The position numbers and the translations under genes are program-made. From Calditrichaceae bacterium (GTDB lineage Bacteria > Calditrichota > Calditrichia > Calditrichales > JBFXGD01): a stretch of 64,000 nucleotides of DNA. The DNA lies in NCBI GenBank assembly GCA_050173015.1, contig JBFXLE010000009.1:32001-96000 (forward strand). The letters run 5' to 3'. The notes below the pieces were generated by a model. That model was not told the DNA's origin, made no database searches, and worked only from the letters and a program-made list of their open reading frames with translations. Shown piece by piece: positions 57,122-64,000 of this stretch (position 1 is its first letter; the number at the start of each line of letters is the position of its first letter).

Positions 57122-59734
57122 ATGAATTTTGAAAATTATACGATTAAAGCTCAGGAGGCTTTACAAAAGGCGAGTCATATGGCCGTTGAAAATGAGCACC
57201 AGCAAATTGAACCTGAACATTTGTTAAAAGCGCTGATAAGCGATGCGGATGGCGTTGTCAGCGCTACCATAAGAAAATACGGTGTCCCGATTGATTTGAT
57301 AATCAATAAACTTGATGAAACGTTTAAAAATATGCCCAGAGTTTACGGCGGATCGACCGGTAATGCCTATTTTAGTGACCGTTTACAGAGGATTTTTCGT
57401 GAGGCGGGCAATGAAGCTCACGCATTGCATGATGATTTTATAAGTACTGAGCATTTGTTTATTTCGATAAGCGCGGAAAGAAACGGAAGCGCGGCTGAAA
57501 TATTAGGTTCAGTTGGTTTAAACAAAGAGATGATCCTAAAAGCGCTTCGTGAAGTCAGAGGAAATCAGCGTGTAACGGACCAGAATCCAGAAGCAAAATA
57601 TCAGGCCCTGGAAAGATACAGCAAAGACCTGACAAGGTTGGCATACCAGGGAAAACTAGATCCCGTCATTGGTCGTGACGAGGAGATTCGCAGGGTGTTG
57701 CAGGTACTCTCGAGACGCACCAAGAATAATCCGGTTTTGATTGGTGAACCGGGGGTTGGCAAAACCGCGGTTGTTGAAGGCATTGCGCACAGAATTGTCA
57801 ATGGGGATATCCCTGAAAATTTGAAAGATAAAAAAATTGTAGCGCTGGACATGGGAGCTCTCATCGCGGGCGCAAAATTCAGAGGAGAGTTTGAAGAGCG
57901 TCTAAAAGCAGTGTTAAAAGAAGTTGTCGAATCCCAGGGTAAAATCATCCTGTTCATTGATGAACTGCATACACTTGTTGGGGCGGGAGCGGCCGAGGGC
58001 GCGATGGACGCTTCCAATATGCTGAAACCGGTTTTAGCAAGAGGCGAGCTGAGAGCGGTCGGCGCCACTACGATTAATGAATACAGAAAATATATTGAAA
58101 AGGATGCCGCGTTTGAAAGAAGATTTCAGCCGGTTTTAGTGGAAGAGCCGTCAGTCGAAGATACCATATCCATCTTGCGCGGGCTCAAGGAAAAATATGA
58201 GGTTCATCACGGGGTACGGATTCAGGATTCAGCGCTGGTGTCGGCGGCCGTTTTGTCTCACCGCTATATCTCCGACCGCTTTCTTCCTGACAAAGCCATC
58301 GATCTTGTGGACGAAGCCGCGTCTAAATTGAGGATTGAAATTGATTCTATGCCTGAAGAACTGGACGATGTGGAGAGAAGAATTAAACAACTCGAAATTG
58401 AAACGGTTGCTTTAAAGAAGGAAAAAGATAAGGTTTCTGCTGAACGGCTTTTAGTCGTCAAAAATGAGATTCGCAATTTGAGTGAATCCTCGGCGCGGTT
58501 GAAAACCCAGTGGAAGGCGGAAAAAGATATCATTCAATCGATTCGGAGTCTGAAATCAAAAATCGATGAATATAAGAGTGAAATGGAAAAATCCGAGCGT
58601 GACGGAGAATTAAACCGGGTCGCTGAAATTCGCTATGGCCGTATTCCGGAAGCAGAAAAAGAATTGCTTCAGTTGAATGAAAGGCTGTCGGAGTTGCAAA
58701 AAACAAAAAAAATGTTGAAGGAGGAAGTGGGAGACGAAGATATCGCTGAGATAGTATCAAAATGGACGGGAATTCCCGTCAGTAAGATGCTGGAAAGCGA
58801 AAAAGAAAAATTACTGAAAATGGAAGACAGAATGGAAGAACGTGTGATCGGGCAGCATGAAGCGGTCGTATCCGTATCAAACGCCATTCGAAGATCCAGA
58901 TCCGGTCTGAGCGATCAGAACAGACCAATCGGTTCTTTTATCTTTTTGGGTTCGACGGGAGTGGGTAAAACGGAGCTGGCAAGAGCACTGGCGGAATTTT
59001 TATTTGATGACGAAAACGCCATGATTAGGATAGACATGTCCGAATATATGGAGAGTCACAGTGTGTCCCGTCTCATCGGCGCTCCACCCGGATATGTAGG
59101 ATATGATGAAGGGGGCCAGCTCACCGAGGCCGTTCGCCGGAAGCCCTATTCCGTAATTCTGCTCGATGAAATTGAAAAGGCTCATCACGATGTTTTTAAT
59201 ATTCTGTTACAGGTTCTTGATGACGGGCGGTTGACCGATAATAAGGGTAGAACGGTAAATTTTAAGAATAGCATAATCATTATGACCTCCAATCTGGGCG
59301 CTCAGTATATCAGGGAGCGAACCGATGAACTGGCAGGGTCAGATACAGAGATGATTTATGAAGAAATTAAGGTAAAAGTGTTTGATATCCTGAAACAGAG
59401 CCTGAGACCGGAATTTTTAAATCGTGTTGATGATATTATAGTGTTTCATGCTTTAAGCAGGGATAATCTCAGAGAAATTATACGGATACAATTTAGTCTC
59501 ATTCAAAAATTACTGGTGGAAAAAGGACTGAGCGCGGAACTTTCCGACAGGGCGGTAGACTATCTGATTCAAAAAGGGTATGATCCGGCTTTCGGAGCAA
59601 GGCCATTGAAACGCCTGCTGCAGAAGGAAGTCGTGGATCAGCTCGCGAAAGAACTAATCGCCGGTAACATTGTCCAGGGTGATCAATTTAAGATTGATTA
59701 CGATTCTGATAAAATAACTTTTCAAAAAAACTAA
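57122..59734 (+). CDS. clpB: ATP-dependent disaggregase ClpB
   Basis: Two Walker A motifs ([16 protein letters not shown]), long coiled-coil middle domain, [12 protein letters not shown] 57122 follows a GGAGG RBS. Confidence 0.98.
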   Translation: MNFENYTIKAQEALQKASHMAVENEHQQIEPEHLLKALISDADGVVSATIRKYGVPIDLIINKLDETFKNMPRVYGGSTGNAYFSDRLQRIFREAGNEAHALHDDFISTEHLFISISAERNGSAAEILGSVGLNKEMILKALREVRGNQRVTDQNPEAKYQALERYSKDLTRLAYQGKLDPVIGRDEEIRRVLQVLSRRTKNNPVLIGEPGVGKTAVVEGIAHRIVNGDIPENLKDKKIVALDMGALIAGAKFRGEFEERLKAVLKEVVESQGKIILFIDELHTLVGAGAAEGAMDASNMLKPVLARGELRAVGATTINEYRKYIEKDAAFERRFQPVLVEEPSVEDTISILRGLKEKYEVHHGVRIQDSALVSAAVLSHRYISDRFLPDKAIDLVDEAASKLRIEIDSMPEELDDVERRIKQLEIETVALKKEKDKVSAERLLVVKNEIRNLSESSARLKTQWKAEKDIIQSIRSLKSKIDEYKSEMEKSERDGELNRVAEIRYGRIPEAEKELLQLNERLSELQKTKKMLKEEVGDEDIAEIVSKWTGIPVSKMLESEKEKLLKMEDRMEERVIGQHEAVVSVSNAIRRSRSGLSDQNRPIGSFIFLGSTGVGKTELARALAEFLFDDENAMIRIDMSEYMESHSVSRLIGAPPGYVGYDEGGQLTEAVRRKPYSVILLDEIEKAHHDVFNILLQVLDDGRLTDNKGRTVNFKNSIIIMTSNLGAQYIRERTDELAGSDTEMIYEEIKVKVFDILKQSLRPEFLNRVDDIIVFHALSRDNLREIIRIQFSLIQKLLVEKGLSAELSDRAVDYLIQKGYDPAFGARPLKRLLQKEVVDQLAKELIAGNIVQGDQFKIDYDSDKITFQKN

Positions 59735-59742
59735 AATCACAG

Positions 59743-59783
59743 GGGACAAGGTTGTATGTCTGTCCTTGTCCCTTTTATTTTTA
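59743..59783 (+). terminator. Intrinsic terminator after clpB
   Basis: GGGACAAGG...CCTTGTCCC followed by TTTTATTTTT. Confidence 0.75.
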
Positions 59784-59982
59784 TAAAAATGGTAAAATCG
59801 TTATTAATTATTGTCATTATTAGCAGAAAATTACCATTTTTTTTTTTATTCCCCTGTTTTTTTATTACATTTAAAAATTATTTTTGAATCATAATTAAAA
59901 CTATCAAATTTCACAATAAACAATCAGCAATTTCGATTTTGATAAGTTCACGGGATCGAAAGAAATAATATATAAAGGATGT

Positions 59983-61023
59983 ATGATGGCAGATAAAACT
60001 AAAGATAAAGGTAACGTATATAATATCACTCTTATCCCCGGTGACGGAATCGGACCGGAAGTTACTTCCGCTGCCCGAAGAGTGATTGCGGCGGCCGGGA
60101 TAGTGGTGGACTGGGAAATTGCGGATGGAGGCTCTGTTGCCCTTGAAAAACATGGCACAACGCTTCCGGATGAAACTCTGGAATCGATTAAGAAAAATAA
60201 AGTTGCTCTAAAAGGACCTATTACCACACCGATCGGGGGAGGTTTTCAATCGGTTAATGTTGGTCTTAGAAAGGCGTTGGATCTTTATTCTAATGTTCGT
60301 CCAGTACGTTCAGCTCTTGGAATTTCTTTACATCATACACCAATTGATCTTGTCATATTCAGAGAAAACACGGAAGATCTGTATAGCGGGATGGAATACG
60401 AAGTCGCGCCCGGTGTCGCGCAAAGTTTAAAAATTATTACCGAAAAAGCATCCACACGCATCGCAAAAGCGGCGTTTAAATGGGCTAGTGAGCGTAAACG
60501 GAAGACCATCCATGCTGTGCATAAAGCCAATATTATGAAGAAGAGTGACGGACTTTTCCTTGATAGTGTCAGAAAAGTCGCCGCCCAATATCCGGAAATT
60601 ACCTATAAGGAAATTATAGTAGATAACTGCGCTATGCAAATGGTGATGCATCCTGAGCAGTTTGACGTGATGGTTTTAGGCAATCTTTATGGTGATATTA
60701 TTTCTGACCTTGCCGCGGGGCTGGTTGGGGGACTCGGAGTCGTTCCGGGCGCCAATCTTGGTGATGATATCGCCGTTTTTGAATCGGTTCACGGGAGCGC
60801 GCCGGACATCGCGGGTAAAGGAGTAGCGAATCCCATGGCCACGATTTTATCCGCAAATATGATGCTGCGCCATATCGGTGAAGAAAAAGCCGCGGACCGC
60901 GTCCAGGCGGCGCTGGTTCTCTTCCTTTCGGAAAAAAAATGTCTGACTCCGGATCTCGGCGGGAATGCCACAACCGATAAAATGGTTGACGGTATTATTG
61001 AAAAGATAAATTTACTGAAATAG
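59983..61023 (+). CDS. icd: Isocitrate/isopropylmalate dehydrogenase family protein, probably NAD-dependent isocitrate dehydrogenase
   Basis: IPGDGIGPEV, SVNVGLRK, RENTEDLY, VHKANIMK, NLYGDIISD, VHGSAPDIAGK. Confidence 0.8.
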   Translation: MMADKTKDKGNVYNITLIPGDGIGPEVTSAARRVIAAAGIVVDWEIADGGSVALEKHGTTLPDETLESIKKNKVALKGPITTPIGGGFQSVNVGLRKALDLYSNVRPVRSALGISLHHTPIDLVIFRENTEDLYSGMEYEVAPGVAQSLKIITEKASTRIAKAAFKWASERKRKTIHAVHKANIMKKSDGLFLDSVRKVAAQYPEITYKEIIVDNCAMQMVMHPEQFDVMVLGNLYGDIISDLAAGLVGGLGVVPGANLGDDIAVFESVHGSAPDIAGKGVANPMATILSANMMLRHIGEEKAADRVQAALVLFLSEKKCLTPDLGGNATTDKMVDGIIEKINLLK

Positions 61024-61076
61024 GTCGAGTGATCGATATCGCCGGAAAGTATAAAAATAAAATAGTTTGGAGGCAT

Positions 61077-61204
61077 AACCTTCTCTATAGACTGAAATTC
61101 TCGCTAAAAACACACATGCATCACAACTTTAGCTGGTGATTTGGTTATTATTTTCATAGCTGTATGATGAGGTGTGTAGAATGAATCTAATCAGATAAAA
61201 GGTT
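61077..61204 (+). ncRNA. Candidate structured RNA (long imperfect hairpin)
   Basis: Nested pairings AACCTT/AAGGTT, TAGA/TCTA, ATTCT/AGAAT, ACACAC/GTGTGT, CATCA/TGATG, TAGCT/AGCTG. Confidence 0.3.
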
Positions 61205-61216
61205 TTGTTTCGGAAT

Positions 61217-62200
61217 ATGAATAGAAAATTTGAAGAATTACATAAACTGATTTTGAAGAATGAGAGATTTGTGTTGACCAGTCATGTTTATACTGACGGG
61301 GATGCTTTGGGTTCTCTCCTGGCGTTAAATCAGTATTTAAAGAGTTTAAATAAAACGGTTGATGTGATTGTACCCGGTGAGATCCCTCCGAAATACGACT
61401 TTCTCAATACGGAGAATATCATTAACCGGCTTGACGATACTCACACAAAAATAGCAATCAAAAACGCGGATGTGATTATCATCCTGGATGTCAGCGCACT
61501 CGACAGGCTGAATCATCTTTACGAACCTGTTCATGCGAGTAAGGCCTATAAGGTTTGTCTTGATCACCATCCGGTTAAACAGGATTGGATAGATTTACTT
61601 TTAGTTGATCTTGAAAAAGTAGCGACCGGCGAAATCATTTATGAATTTTTCAAATTTTGTAATACGGAAATCTCCATGTCCATCGCCGAAGCGTTATATA
61701 CATCGATCTTATCCGATTCAGGCGGTTTTAGATTTCACCGGACGGGTGTATCAACATTCAAAATGGCCGCGGATCTCGTAAGCGCCGGTATCGATCCAAC
61801 TGATATCTATAACCGTGTGTTTGAGAGTGGAAATCTGCGACAGTTAAAGGCCTGGGGACAGTTATTATCCAATATCCGCTCCAATGGCAGAGTCACCTGG
61901 GCGGTTGCCGACAAAAATCTGTTAGGCGTCCATGGAATCACTCTTGAAGAAGTTGACGGTATTATCGATCTTTTACGTAAGAATGATCAGGCGGATGTCG
62001 TTATCGTCTTCATCGAAAAGGAGATCAACGAAATTTTGGTAGGATTACGATCCAAAAATGGAATCAATGTTGCGGAAATTGCCGGAAAATTCGGTGGAGG
62101 CGGTCATTATCACGCCGCCGGCTTTACTTCACGTGAACCGCTATCAGATGTCATTAACCTGACCCTCAAATATATCCCCGGTGTCAATATCGAAAATTAA
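61217..62200 (+). CDS. nrnA: DHH/DHHA1 phosphoesterase (NrnA-like oligoribonuclease/pAp phosphatase)
   Basis: SHVYTDGDALGS, ILDVS, LDHHP, SDSGGF, GGGGHYHAAG; the start may be TTG 61205. Confidence 0.88.
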   Translation: MNRKFEELHKLILKNERFVLTSHVYTDGDALGSLLALNQYLKSLNKTVDVIVPGEIPPKYDFLNTENIINRLDDTHTKIAIKNADVIIILDVSALDRLNHLYEPVHASKAYKVCLDHHPVKQDWIDLLLVDLEKVATGEIIYEFFKFCNTEISMSIAEALYTSILSDSGGFRFHRTGVSTFKMAADLVSAGIDPTDIYNRVFESGNLRQLKAWGQLLSNIRSNGRVTWAVADKNLLGVHGITLEEVDGIIDLLRKNDQADVVIVFIEKEINEILVGLRSKNGINVAEIAGKFGGGGHYHAAGFTSREPLSDVINLTLKYIPGVNIEN

Positions 62201-62209
62201 AGGACCCAA

Positions 62210-63364
62210 ATGATTCGATACTTAACGGCCGGAGAATCCCACGGCCCCGGACTTGTCGGAATCGTTGAAGGGATTCCGGCAAATCTTGAGATAGACATTG
62301 AAAAAGTAAATCACGAATTATATCGCCGCCAGCAAGGCTATGGAAGAGGCGGGCGAATGCGAATCGAAAATGACCGTATCGAAGTTTTGTCGGGTATTCG
62401 TTTCCGCAAAACATTGGGAAGTCCGATCAGTTTTGTGCTTCGAAACCGGGACTGGGAAAATTGGCGTGATGAAATGTCTGTCGGGCAGGGCCGGTCTGCA
62501 AAGCCGATCAGCAAACCGCGTCCCGGTCACGCCGATTTACCGGGCGCTCTAAAGTATGGTTTTGATGATATTCGAAATGTACTTGAGCGGTCCAGCGCGA
62601 GAGAGACGGCAATGCGAGTGGCGGCCGGAGGATTTGTCCGACAGTTTCTCGAATCATTTGATATTCAGATCTATTCTCATGTCATTCAGGTCGGTCCTGT
62701 GCGGGTTGACGCGGAGATTCTCGAAAAAGCCAGGAAGATAAAGGATCTTAAAGAGATAACCGATGCTTCGCCCGTAAGATGCCTGGATAAAAAAACCGAA
62801 GAGAAAATGGTTAACTATATTCATGAGGTGAAAAAGGAAGGCGACACGACCGGAGGAATCATCGAAATAATAATCAGGAATGTTCCACCCGGATTGGGAG
62901 GCTATATTCAATGGGACCGGAAATTAGATTCCTTGCTCGCGTCGGCGCTGATGTCGATTCAGGCGGTAAAAGGGGTGGAGGTTGGAACCGGATTTGAAGG
63001 AGTGGCCCGGAAAGGTTCTGAATTTCATGATGAAATTTTTCATGATGGTAAAAGATATTTGAGAAAAACGAATAATGCCGGAGGTATCGAAGGCGGTATG
63101 TCCAATGGTGAGGATATTATTCTTAGAATTGTCATGAAACCAATTCCCACACTAATGAAACCACTAAGTTCTGTTGATATGAACACAAAGGAGTCTTTTC
63201 AAGCCCATAAGGAACGAAGCGATGTCACGGCTGTACCGGCATGCGCGGTGATCGCGGAAGCGGTTACGGCGCCTGTTATCGCGGGTGTTTTTCTGGATAA
63301 GTTTGGTTCCGATAGCATGGAAGACATAAAATCAGCATATAAATTGTATATGAATAGAATTTAA
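62210..63364 (+). CDS. aroC: Chorismate synthase
   Basis: TAGESHG, RRQQGYGRGGRM, PRPGHAD, LERSSARETA, GGIEGGMSNG, ERSDV. Confidence 0.98.
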   Translation: MIRYLTAGESHGPGLVGIVEGIPANLEIDIEKVNHELYRRQQGYGRGGRMRIENDRIEVLSGIRFRKTLGSPISFVLRNRDWENWRDEMSVGQGRSAKPISKPRPGHADLPGALKYGFDDIRNVLERSSARETAMRVAAGGFVRQFLESFDIQIYSHVIQVGPVRVDAEILEKARKIKDLKEITDASPVRCLDKKTEEKMVNYIHEVKKEGDTTGGIIEIIIRNVPPGLGGYIQWDRKLDSLLASALMSIQAVKGVEVGTGFEGVARKGSEFHDEIFHDGKRYLRKTNNAGGIEGGMSNGEDIILRIVMKPIPTLMKPLSSVDMNTKESFQAHKERSDVTAVPACAVIAEAVTAPVIAGVFLDKFGSDSMEDIKSAYKLYMNRI

Positions 63365-63381
63365 ATATAGGATTAGTTAAA

Positions 63382-63609
63382 ATGAAATTGATAATTGAAT
63401 ATTGTGTTGTTTGAAATTATTACCCCAGAGCCGCCAGTTTGGCGCAGGAATTAGAAAAAAAATTTGATCTGGAAATTGATCTGGTAAAAAGCAGCGGCGG
63501 AAGATTTGAGGTCTTTCTTAATGATGAGCAGATATTTTCCAAATACAATACATATCGTTTTCCGGAAGAAGGCGAGATTGAAAGAATGATCAGTGAAAAG
63601 ATTGCCTGA
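63382..63609 (+). CDS. SelW/SelT/SelH (Rdx-family) selenoprotein, 75 aa; in-frame UGA read as Sec
   Basis: MKLIIEYCVV[TGA]NYYPRAASLAQELEKKFDLEIDLVKSSGGRFEVFLNDEQIFSKYNTYRFPEEGEIERMISEKIA*: CxxU motif, GGxFEV, IFSK and RFP family motifs. Confidence 0.9.
63432..63444 (+). promoter_or_regulatory. Candidate bacterial SECIS apical hairpin
   Basis: CGCCA-GTT-TGGCG, with a G-containing loop about 22 nt after the UGA at 63412-63414. Confidence 0.55.
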
Positions 63610-63620
63610 TGAATGCGGTT

Positions 63621-64000
63621 TTAATTAGTGTATTTTTCTAAATTAGTGAGCAGATTTTTTGCTTCATTATTATTCGGGCTCATGGTCAGTACTTTTCGAA
63701 GCACATTTGCTGCTTTGCCATAATAACCCTGAGCCTGAAAAACTTTTGCCAGAATTAAATTATTGTTCGTATCATTGGGATTGGTCTTAAGCTTCCCGTC
63801 GAGTTCCCTCATAAATTTGTCAAAGACATTAATGTATTGATGTTCCGGTCCGAGTGTCGGCTGGGACACAAAAATCGCCGGCTCTATTTCAAACACTTTT
63901 TTATACTGCTCGATGGCAAGATCAAGCCGTTTTGTTTTTTCATAAACTTCCGCAAGCTTCATGTATGCTCTTATCAGATATGGATTTATCAGAAGGGTAG
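63621..64000 (-). CDS. TPR-repeat protein, C-terminal part (5' end beyond the window)
   Basis: Frame stays open to the window edge (...LLINPYLIRAYMKLAEVY...); TPR-like helices AIEQYKKVFEIEP and AANVLRKVLTMSPNN. Confidence 0.8.
   Translation of the reverse strand, partial: TLLINPYLIRAYMKLAEVYEKTKRLDLAIEQYKKVFEIEPAIFVSQPTLGPEHQYINVFDKFMRELDGKLKTNPNDTNNNLILAKVFQAQGYYGKAANVLRKVLTMSPNNNEAKNLLTNLEKYTN

Noticed and set aside
48373-62911. Antisense or alternate-frame ORFs over ppdK, radA, clpB, icd, aroC and neighbours
   Set aside because: They overlap well-supported housekeeping genes and lack motifs.

Overview
Bacterial genomic DNA with two parts. (1) 1-44005, minus strand: the 5' portion of a giant hybrid PKS/NRPS lipopeptide cluster in seven tightly packed genes: FAAL-ACP-KS-AT(degenerate)-KR(degenerate)-ACP, C-A-T, C-A-T-C-A-T-E, C-A-T-C-A-T, C-A-T-C-A-T-E, C-A-T-C-A-T and C-A-T-C-A (runs off the window). 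That is at least 11 NRPS modules; no TE, MbtH, PPTase or transporter gene is visible. Hand-read A-domain codes suggest acyl-Arg-Gln-D-X-X-Phe-Gln-D-Asn-X-Phe-Orn-Asn..., with a duplicated two-gene, four-module unit. (2) 44785-64000: a DtxR-family regulator/feoA/feoB/small Cys-rich protein operon, ppdK, an ansA/HDAC/GNAT-like/efp operon, radA, hsp20, tatA, clpB, an isocitrate dehydrogenase-family gene, a DHH phosphoesterase, aroC, a UGA-recoded SelW/Rdx selenoprotein and a partial TPR gene. Four genes missing from the supplied ORF track were read by hand: the left-edge NRPS, the Feo small protein, tatA and the selenoprotein. Best candidates for novelty: the lipopeptide assembly line with its AT- and KR-degenerate PKS module, a possible acylation writer/eraser pair coupled to EF-P, a sigma54-type heat-shock promoter architecture, and a long intergenic hairpin. 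All calls come from motif reading; no database searches were run.
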